A stretch of DNA of 64,000 nt from Octopus vulgaris (Eukaryota). Shown piece after piece: positions 24,666 through 38,665 of this stretch. Every line of letters begins with the position of its first letter. Within the stretch, counting starts at the first letter, position 1. The DNA lies in the NCBI GenBank assembly GCA_951406725.2, contig OX597830.1:41912001-41976000 (forward strand), written 5' to 3'. Below the pieces are notes generated by a model. The model did no database searches, had not been told where the DNA came from, and saw only the letters and a list, made by a program, of their open reading frames with translations. The position numbers were made by a program, and so were the translations under genes.

Positions 24666-26796
24666 ATGCACTTTATATAAAATGTAATTTAGTTTTGGTT
24701 ACATACATATTTAGATTACAATTGCTTCAAATTTTGGCACAAGGCCAGCAATTTTGGTGGGGGTTTAGGCAATGATATTGACCCCAGTACTCGACTGATA
24801 CTTACTTTATCGACCCCTTCCCCCCACAAAAGGAAGGAAAGCAAAGTTGACCTTCGTGGAAATCTGAACTCAGAACATGAAGACAGATGAAATGCCACCA
24901 AGCATTTTGTCTGGCATGCTAACAAGTCTGCCAGCATGCCACCTTAATAATAAATAATAATCCTTTCTACTAAAGGCACAAGGTCTGAAATTCTGAGGGA
25001 GGAGACTAGTCGATTACATTCACCCCAGTATTTCACTGGTACTTATTTCATCGACTCCGAAAGGATGAAACGCAAAGTCAACCTGGGTGGAATTTGAACT
25101 TGCAATGTAAAGATAGATGAAATGCTGCTAAGCATTTCGCCCAGCATGCTAACGATTCTGCCAGCTTGCTGTCTTGATGATGATGATAATAATAATAATC
25201 CTTTCTACTGGAAGCACAAGGCCTCAAATTTTGGGGAAGGGATTAAATTGATTACATCGATCCCAGTGCGTAACTGGTACTAATTTTATTGATCCCAAAA
25301 GGATGACAGGCAAAGTCGACCGTGGCAGAATTTGAACTTGCAATGTAAAGATGAATGAAATGCTGGTAAGCATTTTGTCCAGCATGCTAATGATTCCGCC
25401 AGCTCACTTGACTTTTATATTCACAATATAAGAAACACAAGTATGTAGGCAAAGGCATGGCTGTATGTGGCTAAGAAGTTCAGTCTCCAATCATGTAGTT
25501 TTGGGTTCAATCCAACTGCATGGCAACCTTGGGCAAGGGTTTTCCACTGTGGCTCCAGGTCAACCAAAGCCTTATGAATGGATTTGGTAGATAGAAACTG
25601 AAAGAAGCCCATTGTGTGTGTATGTGTATTTGTGTTTTATTGTCTCAGCAATATGTAATAGCTGTAAACAAGTGCCACTGTCATTCAAGTGGTGTCCTTT
25701 GTTTCCAGCATTCTGTGGAAACATGTCTGGCCACAGGGAAATATAACCATACTTGGAAATGAGTGAGGGTTGGTGACAGGAAGGGCATCTAAATTGTGCC
25801 TCCACAAATTCTGTCTGACCGATGCAATCATGGAAAAGTGGGTATTTAAAAAAAAAAAAGTCTTTAATTTTGTTCTGAATCAACTAATAGCAAAAACTTG
25901 AAATGTTATTTAGCAGTTCTTCATTTTATAGGCGTGGGCATGGCTATGTGGTCATGAAGCTTGCTTTGTAACTATGTGGTTTCCGGTTCAGTTCCATCCT
26001 GGATAAATGTCTTCTGCGAGAGCCCCAAACAAGCCAATGCCTTATGAGTAAATTTGCTGTCCAAAACTGTGTGAAAACCCATTATATCATCACCATCATT
26101 TAACATTCCTGCACCATACTGGTGTGTGTGCGCGTGTGTGTCTTTGCGTTTGCATCCTATTCACTCTGACAACCAGTGTTGGTTTCTTTATGTCCCTGAA
26201 ACTTAGTGGTTCAGCAAAAGAGACTGACAGAATAAATACCAGACTTAAAAATAAAAGCTGGGGGCCAATTTGTTTGACTAAAACTCTTCAAGGCAGTGTT
26301 CCAGCATGGCCACAGTCCAATGATGGGAACAAGTAAAAGATAAAAGATTTCATGCATATTTAATATGTTGATATGTTCAATGTATCTTTTACTTGTTTCA
26401 ACCATTAGGGTTATGGCCATGCTGGAGCATTGCCTTCAATAATTTTTAGTCAAATGAATCATCCCTGGTACTTATTTTTAAAGCCTAGCACTTATTCTAA
26501 ATACATCTAACACTGGCTGTCAAGTGATGATGGGAGTCAAACACAAAGATACGCATGCACACATGCATACATATATGATAGGCTTTTTTCAGTTTCCATC
26601 TACCAAATCCATTCACAAGGTTTTGGTTGGTTCAAGACTATAGTAAAAATACACTTGCTCAAGGCGCCACACAGTGGGAGTGAACTCAGAACCATGTGTT
26701 GGGAAGCAAGCCTCTTATCACACAACCAAGCTTGTGTCTACAAAATACAATGTGCTAAAATAAAAAGAAGTTAAGATAAGCAATAAGACTTCTTAC

Positions 26797-26898
26797 ATTT
26801 TCACCATGTCGCTGTTCAAAAAATTCACCAATGGGAGCTTTAGTGCTGAAGGAAAAGTTCTCTTTGCACAAATCTGTGATACCATTTTTCTCTAGATA
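26797..26898 (-). CDS. BAZ2B: BAZ2B-like exon, MBD/TAM domain C-part (YLEKNGITDLCKENFSFSTKAPIGEFFEQRHGEN)
   Basis: gacag acceptor, AAT|gtaaga donor, 102 nt, phase 0/0; NFSFS..K..IG.F motif of the TAM domain. Confidence 0.93.
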
Positions 26899-27490
26899 CT
26901 GTCACCGAAATAGAAAGAAAGCAGAGAATTAACTACAATTAAAACAAAAATGATAAATACCTAAGGATTTAGACATTGTCTTTCCTCCTATGGCTAACTT
27001 TCAGGTAATTGATTTTATTGTTGAGTGAAAGAATTTAGTCTTGATTCAGTAAACCACCAAATTAGTCAAGTTCTGTTAAGTTTGGTAAGTTCTCATTACT
27101 TTGCTACAGGTGTTTTAGATTAATATTGTGCACCCATCATTAAATACAATCAGATTCTAATTCAGGTATGTAACATCAATCCATCACCGTTTTTGTGGTG
27201 GTTCTTTTTTGTACCTTATGCACCTGTGCTTGCATCAAGACAAGACATACTGTACACTATACACAGACAAGACACACTATATACTAACACACAACAACTA
27301 GTCATATATTCACACTTTGCTAGAATGATTCTGTTGTGAATTATCTTGACCATAAACACAAATTAATGTCAGTGATGTGACATGAATCAGTGACTTTATG
27401 CTTCCTAGTATAATATCCGACAGGATTTATTTAGCTGCAGTCATCATAGATCATTCCCATGGATAATATTATTTCTCTTAAAAAACTTAC

Positions 27491-27669
27491 CCTCATCACA
27501 TCTGAATAAGTACGAAGCTTTTTACCACATGGAGCATGGTACATGACTTCTCCAATGATACCACGTTTTCCAATACCCCTAATTTTGGTTTGTCGTTGCC
27601 AACTGTGTTCTAGAGGAATCCGTAACTCCTTTTCATCTATGACACGGCGTTTTTTCACAGGAGCAGATG
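27491..27669 (-). CDS. BAZ2B: BAZ2B-like exon, MBD/TAM domain N-part
   Basis: Encodes SAPVKKRRVIDEKELRIPLEHSWQRQTKIRGIGKRGIIGEVMYHAPCGKKLRTYSDVMR; cctgcag acceptor, AGG|gtaagt donor; phase 1/0. Confidence 0.95.
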
Positions 27670-28950
27670 CTGCAGGTAAAAAAAAAAAAAAATCCAATTT
27701 TTAAACTCTTTAAAACTTTAGCATTCAGATTAATCTGCTGAATGCAATGGTTATGCATTCACATGGCTTTGAATTAATCATGTATTATCTAATAGCTTTG
27801 GGATTTTGAAGATGTGATTGTTTATTTTTAGAATGACATTAGAGGGTAGGTGTAAAAGGCCAGATCTGGCCAGTTTGAACATAAAGCATATAGAATATTT
27901 AGGCCAGATATGGCTGCTTTAAATGCTTAAAGGTTAAACCATTAGCATCTGAACTGGCCATATCCAACCCAAATATTCTACCCGTTTCATGCTCAAATTG
28001 ACCAGATCTGGCCCCACACACCTAAAAGGAAATAAGCATTATATTTAACAGAGTAATCTTGATGCTACGGGATTAATTAATTAAAAAGTTAGTTTCTTTT
28101 GACTGGGCACTTCAAGACACCAAAACACATGACAACTTTTAAAGTGAAAGGAAAGTAGATCTTGCAACATTCAAGATTTTTCCAACAACCTTTGTAGTTT
28201 CAGTGAAATAATCTGGATTTATGAAACATTTGGAACTGTGTAATGATCTTAATTAACTATCTGAGGGCTTATGCTTCACTTTGTGACATTCACCAGTTAA
28301 TCAAATACACTGAAAGTTACATCACACATGCACAATAATGAGTGTTACAGCTTCTCGAAAAACAAAGTTCTTCAATGCCATTTTATAGTTATAGGTCATG
28401 TGGTTAAGATATTTGCTTCCAAGTCACATGGTTTCAGGTTCAGTCCCATTGTGTGGCAGCTCGGGCAAATTTCTTCTACTATAACCCTGAGCTGATTAAA
28501 GCCTTCTGTGTGGATCTGGTAGATGGAAACCGAAAGAAGTATGCCATATATTCATGTATGTATGCATGTGTGTGTTTGTGTTTTCTTGTTTTGATATGTG
28601 ATTATTGTAAACGAATGTTGTTTATTTAGAATATTCTGTGAAAATATGTCAGGCAATGGAGACATATTACCTTGCCAAGAAAGAGGTAATGGTTGAAACA
28701 TGTATGGGTGTGTGTGTGTGTGTGTGTACAAAACTCAAACAAAACATGATCTCTCATGTCAAGTCTTGTTTTGTTTCCATTTCTACATATTCTCCATGTA
28801 ACACTGAAACTTAGGTTTTATAACAAAGGATACAATTACAATACACAATCAAGAATACACAAGGAATTCTAAATACTAGTTATTTGCTGGACAGTTTAAG
28901 GTTTACATCGAACTGGATGAGTTTTTCTGATACACCATTGAAAGACTATA

Positions 28951-28984
<34 letters not shown>

Positions 28985-29771
28985 ATATACATTCATTTTT
29001 AATTTTTAAATCTCTTGTGTTTGTATTCATTGTTGGTGTTGATAGTCTTCTGCCTCCTTTGTACATTGTTGCCTTCATTGTATCACATCAACATCAGTGA
29101 CACTCCCTGTACCGCTGGCATAATCAGAGGTGCAAATGCCATGGAATTTAATGTTTTCAAGTTTTAAAATGCTGAAACTATAATGAGTCTGGTCTCCATG
29201 GCTGATGAGGGGATTTCCATGTTAATTTGTCCATTGTCCTCTTCTATTAATTGTTTCCATGTTCCATTTTTATTTTCCTTTATATACATACATGTGTACA
29301 TTTATGTGTTTTTCTGTACACTGTACTGCCTTATTGGGCCCTCCTTGAGTGTACAAACTATACACAGATATTGCTCTTACATACACAGGTACACAGAGAC
29401 AAATTGTTATACAGTATACTGCAAACTAAACAAACTCAATTTTTATATATTTTCATGTTAACACACAGTGAAATATATCAAAGAAATAATGAAATCAGTG
29501 TTACCCCATTAGCATTTAAATGGTCAGATCCGGCTCCTCACACCTACCCTATAATGTCCTTCTAAAAACAAACAGTCACATCATTGAAATCTTTAAGCTA
29601 AGAGATAATGCATGATTAATTCAAAAGATTGCGAATAAATAAGTATTATAGTAGACAGGGTAATCTGAATGCTAACTCATTAAAACAAAAACCCAAATGA
29701 TGCTGGTTTAATAACATTTAGATATGATGATGATGATAAAGTCCATATTCTTGAGTTGAAGCTATACTTAC

Positions 29772-29924
29772 TTCCAGAGCCATTCCCACTAATATCAGCA
29801 GTTCTTTTGTCTCCTGTAGTAAAGGATGTTGAACTATTTTCACTGTCACGGGTTGATTGATCATCATCTGATTCCATACTGTCTGAACAAGATCCACTGT
29901 CTGAACTATCGGAACTGTCACTTT
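29772..29924 (-). CDS. BAZ2B: BAZ2B-like exon, acidic Ser-rich (ESDSSDSSDSGSCSDSMESDDDQ...GNGSG)
   Basis: ttgcag acceptor after a long pyrimidine tract, A|gtaagt donor, 153 nt, phase 1/1. Confidence 0.88.
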
Positions 29925-30869
29925 CTGCAATTAGGGGAGAGAAGAGAGAAAAAAAAAAGAAAAAAAGAAAAAAGAAACCCAGTCATTTATTATGTACACA
30001 AATGTTGCAATATATTTTTCATTTAATATCATATACACACACATTAAAACTTTTGTGATGATATCATTAATGATATCCTTTTACTTGTTTCAGTTATTTA
30101 ACCGTGACCATGCTGGAGCACTTGCCTTTTAGCCAAACAAATCAACCCCAGCACTTATTTTTTGTAAGCCTAGTACTTATTCTATTGGGCTCTTTTGCCA
30201 TACCACTAAGTTAATATCAATATTGGTTGTCAAGCAATGGTAGTGGGGACAAACACAGACACATATACATACATACATACATTATATATATATATATATT
30301 TATATGCCAAAATGAATTTCTGTGTGCTAGTGTGTCACACTTTGACCCCCTCTCTCACTATTCAATGACACTTCTATTATTCCTCATGTTGGGATGAGAG
30401 TAATAGTAGGCATAGAGATGGTGAGGGTGGTAGTAGACTGATGGTCGTGATGGTAACGGGGTTGTGGAGGAGAAGACGGTGAAGTCAAAGGTATTGATGA
30501 TGGTGGCATCAGGAGTTTGAATGGTGTGTATGTATGGTTGTTGTGGTGGCAATGGTGATGGTTGAAAACAGTCAACAGAAAGAGAGAGAGAGAGAAAGAA
30601 AGAGGTTAGATAGAAAAGAAATTGTACTGACCCCTGAATGGGAAGACAAAAAATGCTGTTTATTATGCAACTTTGCAATAAGTTCCAAGTCGACAAATTA
30701 TATCATTGTTCTGATGAAAACTGTTCTTTGCTTGAAAACTATTGGTCAAGTTTAATAAAACATGTACTCAATGCGTGAAGTGTCATTGTTGGGCTCAAGG
30801 CCCAATGAAGAGCCCTTCACAGGAGCTAGCTTAAAAGCCGCCCGCTAAAGCAACTTTTAAGCTAGTATG

Positions 30870-30917
<48 letters not shown>

Positions 30918-31881
30918 TATATACAATGGGCTTCTTTCAGTTTCCACCTACCAAATCCATTCACAACACTTTGGTCAGCCCAAAGCTATAGTAGAAGACA
31001 CTCGTCCAAGGTGTTACACAGTGGGACTGAACCCAGAACCATGTGGTTGGGAAGCAAGCTTCTTACCACACAGCCATGCCTGTGCCTATAACGAATTTAG
31101 ATTAAAAAAAAAAAATCAAGTCAGAAACTTGGATGGATTTAATAATATAACTTTGTTATTAATAAGCTGGTGTTTGGAACACAACAAAAGTTTCTTGCAC
31201 AAAATCCTGATTACATTTTAATGCAAACACTTTAAAACAAGTTGCTGTGACAGCAGTTTAGGAGAGCAGGAACTCTGAATATATACACTGATATAAGATA
31301 AAGGATACTATTGTCCAGCTGTGAATGATCTCTCTCTCTCTCTAGTGTTAGAAGCATGATAAAATGTACCCAATTCATGTGGTAAAGTGATTACAACTGG
31401 ATGTTAAAAGAGAGAAAGATTGAATGGAAGAGACATGGATCCTCTTCTTATATTTGCCACAAGGGCAACAGATGAAGGGATTTTGCAAGAACAAATTACA
31501 TGAAAGAGACAAGCAGCCACAGAGGCAGTTTGTTTAGGAGATCAGTAATCCTGGCTAAAAACATCTACAAAGTAGCAAGCAGCCCCTTAGTCCTGACACA
31601 CACAATCTTTCTCTAGTGCTGGTGACAATAAAAATGCACCCAATTCACACAGTGAAGTATGTTGGTGATAGTATGGTCATCCAGTAAAACCCATGCAAAA
31701 AAAAAATTAAAAAAACAAAAAAACTTGGTAACTTCCTCTTACTGTACATCATGTACCAGATAATAAAGATGTGCAGTAACAGGATTTGAGATGAGGTGGG
31801 AGGCAAACACAGGTGTGTAAGGTAAAAGAAAGAAAAAAAAGAACCACCACAAAAATGATGATGGAATGATGTGATACATAC

Positions 31882-32026
31882 CTGAACCAGAATCAGAATC
31901 CTCATCAGAACTGCTACTATTGGAACTGTTTTTATCACTCATCAATTTGTATTTGGTGATGACAGAATCGTTTTGGCCGTTAGCTGAGTAACTACTAGAC
32001 AATAAACTACTTTTAGAGTCACCATT
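31882..32026 (-). CDS. BAZ2B: BAZ2B-like exon (NGDSKSSLLSSSYSANGQND...SSSSDEDSDSGS)
   Basis: ttttccag acceptor, G|gtatgt donor, 145 nt, phase 0/1. Confidence 0.85.
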
Positions 32027-32842
32027 CTGGAAAATAAAATGAAAGAAACTAAATAATATTTACATAAAAATATATTTGTTAAATACATCGTCATCATCGT
32101 TTAACATCCGTTTTCCATGCTGGCATGGGTTGGATGGTTTGACTGAGGTCTGGAGAGCCAGCGGCAGCATCAGGCTCCAATCTGATCTGGCAGTTTCTAC
32201 AGCTGGATGCTCTTCCTAACACCAGTCAGGTGGACCTGGCACCGATCATGTTTGGATGGTGCTTTTTATGTGCCACTGGCAAAGTCCTTTTCTTTTTTTC
32301 TTTGTAAAATATTGATGTCTCAATTTTAGTCATTGGACTGTAGCCATGCTGGGGTACCACCCTGATGGGCTTAGTTGAATAAGATGACCCAAGTAGTTAT
32401 ATTTTTAAGCCTGGTATTTATTTTATTGATCACTTTTGCTGAACCACAAAGTTATGGGGCCTGTAAACAAAACAACACCAATTATCAAGTGGTCGGGTGG
32501 ACAAATAGAAACACAAAGACACCCACCACATGACAGGCTTCCACACAATTTCCATCTATCAGATCCACTCACAAAGCATTGGTTGGCTCAGTGGTACAGT
32601 AGAAGACACTTGAAAGTTGACAGAGCTGTGCCTGGTTATACAGTGAACGCATACAATAAAAGAGTAAAATGGCATGGCTTTGTGGTTAAGAAGCTCCCTT
32701 TGCAACCATATCGATTCAGGTTCAATCCCACAGCATAGCACCTGGAACAAGTGTCTTCTACTAAAGACTTGGGCCAACTGAAGTCTTGTGAGTGAATTTA
32801 GTAAATGAAAACTGGTGGAAGCCTGTTATACACATACACACA

Positions 32843-32875
<33 letters not shown>

Positions 32876-33146
32876 GTAGAAATGTATATACGTGTGTATG
32901 TCCGTATTTTTTCCTCATCACTGCTTGATGATCAGTGTTAGTTTTGTTTATATCCCCTTAACAGTAATTCAGCAAAAGAGACAGATAGAATAAAAACCTG
33001 ATTTAAAACAAACAAATACTTGGGCCAATTTGCTCGGCTAAACTATTCAATGTGGTACCCCCACATGGCTGCAGTCCAATGACTAAAATGAGTATAAGAT
33101 ACACTGAGCAATAGCCTTTGAAAAAGGATCAAGTGGTCATACAAAC

Positions 33147-33302
33147 CTCTGATTTATTTTTGACACCAGGAACATGAGCAGATGAAGAGATGGGGGTTTT
33201 CAGATCAAGTGGCCGATACATTGATAGTTCTTCATTGTTGTGATGAACTGATTTTTTAACCAACTGTAATGGTTTATCTTCGGAATTTGTTTCTCTCATA
33301 TC
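33147..33302 (-). CDS. BAZ2B: BAZ2B-like exon (DMRETNSEDKPLQLVKK...RPLDLKTP...KNKSE)
   Basis: ttttacag acceptor, GAG|gtttgt donor, 156 nt open, phase 0/0; not in the ORF track. Confidence 0.82.
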
Positions 33303-34686
33303 CTGTAAAATAAATCATTAAAACAAAATAATTTTTTTCTTTAAACTCCTTTTAGGGTCGATAACAAAAGTACCAGACAAGTACAGGGGGTCAATGGGAT
33401 CTGCGGCTCTCAAAATTGCTAGCTTTATACTTAAATTAAAAACTTTTATTATTATAAAGAGCTTTGCATTAAACTGTGATTATTTATTTATCTAATAGGG
33501 TAGAATGTTGAGCTAATAGACCTTAAATTTAAAAGACCTGATTTGTCAGTCTGCCTCATGGTCCTGGCAGACAAACTGAAAGAGGCATTGCCTCAGAGGA
33601 TGGCAGATGGTGAGGGAGATGCACTAGAACAGCCACTTGTAGCAAGCTGGCAAAAATGTTAGTATGTCAGACAAAATGCTTAGCAGCATTTCGCCCATCT
33701 TTATACTCTGAGTTCAACTTTGCCTTTCATCCTATCAGGATCGATAAAATAAGTATCAATTAGCCTTGTGCCTATAATAGAAAGGATTATTATTATCATT
33801 AATTTTTGTCGAGGGTTGCACCACACATTGCTTGTCATTTTGTTCATAAAACTCAGCATCTTGAGACCACATTCCACAATTTCTTCCTCTGCTACAAGTA
33901 CCTTCAGCTGCTTTACAGGTAAAAAGCACTCAGTCCACTCTGCAGAGTGGTTGGTGTTAGGAAGGGCATCCAAATGTAAAAACCCTGCCAAAACGGAACA
34001 CAGCAGCCTGGGGTAGTCTTCTGCCTGGCCAACTCCTATCAACCATCCTTACTTATGCATGCATGGAAGACAGACGACGACGATGATGATTATGATGAGT
34101 AACCTATCCTGCTCAAAAGGTTCCTGAATAAGGTTTGTTTAAGGATGATGAACAAAACACCCATGTTTCCAAAGGTGAATTATCTAAACCACCAAAGAAT
34201 TCCTCTCAACACATGGCTATGATGCTCCCCCACTACTTCTGTTCAGAGATGCACATATCGTCAGCCACTAAGGGACATGCTCAACTGGTTAAGGTCAAAC
34301 AGTTGACAAGCAAATCTGTGGTATTGAGCAAAATGTTTGCTGTAGCCCATCTTTTAGACCAAGATCATTATCATTATTATTATTATTAGAGCAGAGAGCT
34401 GGCAGAATTGTTAGCATGCCAGGTGAAATGCTTAGTGGTATTTTGCCTTGACTTCAGGTTCTGAGTTCAAATTTTGCCAAGGTCAACTTTGCCTTTCATC
34501 CTTTCAGGGTCGATTAAATAAGTACCAGTTACGCACTGGGGTCAAAGTAATCAACTTAATCCCTTCCTCCAAATTTGAGGCCTTGTGCTTCCAGTAGAAA
34601 GGATTATTATGATTATGATTATCATCATCATTACCATTGTCATGACGATGGTTTTGATAGAGCAAAAAGTGAAAAGTAGTACAAAC

Positions 34687-34902
34687 CATTACAGCAGTTG
34701 ATAATTGTTTTGGAGGTCGACCTTTTGCTCGTGGTTGGTGTAATTCAGGTTTATAAACAGGCGTCTGTAGTGGAGTTAAGATGGACTTCATTTTCTGTCG
34801 AATTTGTTCAGCTAAGAGTTTTTTCTTGGTGTTATCTATTTGGTGATCAGTAGCAGAAACTTTCTTCAGGTTTTGTGATGAGACAGGAGACATATTTTTA
34901 TC
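34687..34902 (-). CDS. BAZ2B: BAZ2B-like exon (DKNMSPVSS...AKGRPPKQLSTAVM) with AT-hook-like GRP motif
   Basis: tatttcag acceptor, ATG|gtttgt donor, 216 nt, phase 0/0. Confidence 0.85.
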
Positions 34903-35699
34903 CTGAAATAGAATGGTAACACAAGGAAATTAGTTGTTAAAAAAAAAACAGAACATCATCACCACCACCATCATCATCATCATTATTATTAAGGTGGCAA
35001 GCTGACAGAGTTGTTAACATGACAGACAAAATGCTTAACAGCATTTCATGTCTTTACATTCTGAGTTCAAATTTCACCGAAGTCAACTTTGCCTTTTGTC
35101 CTTTCAGGATCAATAAAATGAGTAGCAGTAGAGTACTGGGGTCAATGGAATCAACTTACCTAACCCCTGAACTTGCTGGCCTTGTGCCAAAACTTGAAAC
35201 CATTATTATTATCATCATCATTATTTCTTTATTGCCCACAAGGGGCTAAATATAGAGGGGACAAACAAGGACAGACAAAGGGATTAAGTCGATTACACTG
35301 ACCCCAGTGCATAACTGGTATGTATTTAATCGACCCCGAAAGGATGAAAGGAAAAGTTGACCTTGGCAGAAAAGAAACAAACAAGGACAGACAAAGGGAT
35401 TAAGTTGATTACATCAACCCCAGTGCGTAACCGGTACTTATTTAATTGGCCCTGAAAGGATGAAAGGCAAGGTCGATCTCAGCGGAATTTGAATGTTATT
35501 ATTATTATTATTATTATTATCATTATTATTATTATTATTATTATTTCTGCACAAACATGTTGGTTACCGCACTTTAGCTTGGTTTTTTTTATACCGCATC
35601 ATTCTTGCCTTTATTCTTTCATCAGGATTCCACATGCCTTAAGGAATTCTGCCATTTTGTCTCTGTGTACAGAGCCAAAGGCCTTGGAGAAATCAACAA

Positions 35700-35912
35700 A
35701 GAGCGGAGATTGAGGTTTGCTGGCCTAGAGAAGTAAGGACAAACTTATGAATAAAGTGTTGCTGTGGACACCAAATCATGGTACCACATTAGCTGGAAGA
35801 CCACAGAAGACATTGGATGCCAATTTGAAGACTTCAAAACACTAATGGAAGATCAAGAGGGGCGGAGAGAGGCAGTCAGGTTGGCCTGGGCAATCAACCT
35901 GACAGGATGATA
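35700..35912 (+). mobile_element. RTE-like LINE 3' remnant
   Basis: ERRLRFAG..., VLLWTPNHG..AGRPQKT and LMEDQEG.RE motifs. Confidence 0.65.
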
Positions 35913-36228
35913 CCTCGATAAAAAAAAAAAAAATTACCATTCCAACTCTTTATATTCTTAGTTCAAATTCCATTGAGGTTGACTTGATGAAATAAATACC
36001 AGTTAAGCACTGTGATTGATGTAATTAATTAGCCCCCCCCCCCACCTCACAAAATTTCAAGCCTTGTGCCTATAGTAGAAAGGATTAATATTGTTGTTGT
36101 TGTATTACTAGCCTGCAGTGAGCCAGGAGATGCAGACCTGCAGAGGTGAAGTTAGTGGTAGTGGTGCTACATACATTGATATCCTTGATGACATCTAAAC
36201 AAAGGCTACTTAACTGATTGGCATAAGA

Positions 36229-36423
36229 CAGTTCTACATTTAAGAGATGAGAAATTATGTACATTATTTACATTTGACAGACATTTGACCATATCTTGTT
36301 TGTTGTTAACAAAACGTTTCGGCTGATATACCTTACAGTCTTCATCAGGTGGCTTGGGGAAATTTCAAAGCTGTGTTAACAGCAAACAAGATGAGGACAA
36401 ATGTCCATCAAATGTAAATAATG
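36229..36423 (-). mobile_element. Second family A copy: hammerhead on the minus strand, an inverted segment and a 12-bp flanking direct repeat
   Basis: Reverse complement reads cacCTGATGAagactg..cagccGAAAcgtt; 36373-36423 is an inverted copy of the tail; TGATTGGCATAA at 36215-36226 and 36422-36433. Confidence 0.75.
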
Positions 36424-36789
36424 ATTGGCATAAAGTTTCTCACAAACACACTCCAACCTCTGTCCTGCAGACGTGCCGTTCCTCTCTCTGTTTTAAGTGG
36501 AAGTTGTACAAGACTACCTGTTCTACCTTCCCAAAGGAAGGTGTCAGTCTGATCTTCATGATAGTCTTGGCTGATAGTGAAATCTCTCCTCTACACCATA
36601 ACAGCATGATATAACAACAACAACAACAGCAGCAACTGCCGCCACCACCAATACTTTCTTTATTGTCCACCAGGGCTGAACATATAACTTAGAGGTTGAC
36701 AGTGATGTTAAATGTGTAAACAGCAAAGAGATTAAATCATCAATATGCTTCCCCAATAGGGGGGGGGAGTTCCACAATAAGGTGACCAA

Positions 36790-37975
36790 ACAGGCCTCCC
36801 AAACTTTGGACCCCTTAACACCAAAGGCTCCTTAGGAAGGCACCTTCCCCTCTCCATTCCATTCATCCTACAAGTGCACACTTAGAGTAGGCCCATTTGC
36901 GCAGGCCATTCTTGTCACATTCACCAACCTTTCAATGAATGTACTGGATGGCAGTACCTCCCTCTCCAGCCTCATTTTCCTTTTCAGGTGGAACCTGAAA
37001 AAGTCAATGAGGACTTGGCCATAGAGGAAGGTACATGTCTTCAACCCTTTCAATCACGTTCATCACACAACCTCTTTTGCCATAGCCACCAGACAGAGAA
37101 AAATTGCCCTTCCTTCCTGGCCAAAGGAAGGAGGTGGGGTGATCTTCACAATGGGCTTGGATGATAGCTGGATCCGTCCTACATGTGACAATAACTGTTC
37201 AACAAAGCTCCACAAGTCAGCAATGTGTGGACTCTGTAAGAGAGCATGCAGAACAGTTTCATCACTTCGCGTGCATCTTGGACAAGCCCAACTGATTGCA
37301 CACCCATGCCTGTACAACTCCAAGGTAGAACTTCCACTGACTGCATTGCTTGACTGGCCAAGGGCTGTGAGCACTTGGAGACATCTGAGGCGCCAAACGT
37401 CCTACCTCGGTCTATGCCTCATCCATGACTGTAACTCCATCAAGGAGATGAGCTGCGGAAAAGTGCATTCAACAAACGGCGACCTCATCTGCTCACCGTT
37501 AAGGTATCACTGGAGATGCTGCAGCCTCAGTGTGTGTCTGTGTGTCCTCAGCCACAGCATGCCCAGTCCTCCGTTCAACAGGTACTGACAGCAAATGGAC
37601 CATTTGACAAATAATACCTGTTTCCTCCACAGGAAGTGAAGAAGCAAACACACCAGCCCGTTCAGCCATGAAGTGGGGCAAGGGACAACAGACAGGCAAT
37701 AGTATATGATGGATCTGTCGTATGCATTCGCCACCCCCATCCAACCTTTCAGAGACAGCTTCCTCTCGGCCCACTTCTGGGTGAGACTGGTCACCCAGTC
37801 TGTCACCTCACCCCAGTTCTTGTCCACTTGGAGATCTGGACTGAATTAGACCCTGAGCAACTTAACAGGTCCTTCCATCCAGTACCCCACCATGCAGTCG
37901 GTTGGCATAAGCCTTCCTCACAAGGTGCCTGGGCCTGCTTTTCCAGGTGCCTGGGCCTGCCTCTCCAGGTGCCTT
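36790..37975 (-). mobile_element. L1/Tx1-clade LINE 3' fragment, decayed
   Basis: Broken frames encode post-RT residues (WAERKLSLKG..VANAY.RSIIYY) and a zf-RVT-like CPRC..DETVLHALLQ..LW motif. Confidence 0.8.
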
Positions 37976-38340
37976 ATATAATAATGATAATAATAATTAT
38001 TTCAAATTTCGGCACAAGGACAGCCAGATTCGGGAGGGGATAAGTCAATTACAATGACCCTACTGTTCAACTGGTACTTATTTTATCAACTCTGGAAGGA
38101 TGGAAGGTAATGTGACCTTGGCAGAATTTAAACTCAGAACGTAATGATGGACAAAATGCTGCTAAGCATTTTGTGTAATGTGCTAACAATCTTACCAGCA
38201 CACTGCCTTAATAATAATAATAATAATCCTTTTTACCATAAGCACTAGGCCTGAAATTTTGGGAGTGGGGTCTAGTTGATAACATGAACCCCAGTGCCCA
38301 ACTGTACTTATTTGGTAACAATTCTGCTAGTTCACTGCCT

Positions 38341-38378
<38 letters not shown>

Positions 38379-38633
38379 GATTCTTTCTAATTTTGGCACA
38401 AAGCCAGTAGTTTTGAAGGAAAGGGGTAAATCAGTTAACCCCCCCCCCATATTTGATTGACAGAGTATTTAATCAACCCCACAGAGATTAAAGGTAAAGC
38501 TGACCTCAGCAGAATTTGAACTCTCATGAGCCAGAAGAAATGCCACTAGGCATTCCGTCCGACACACTAATGATTCTGCCAGCTTGCCACCTTTAATAAT
38601 AATGATAATAACAATAATAATAATATTAATAAC

Positions 38634-38665
<32 letters not shown>

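Noticed and set aside
30705-30765. CTGATGA...GAAA as another hammerhead
   Set aside because: Could not form stems I and II convincingly
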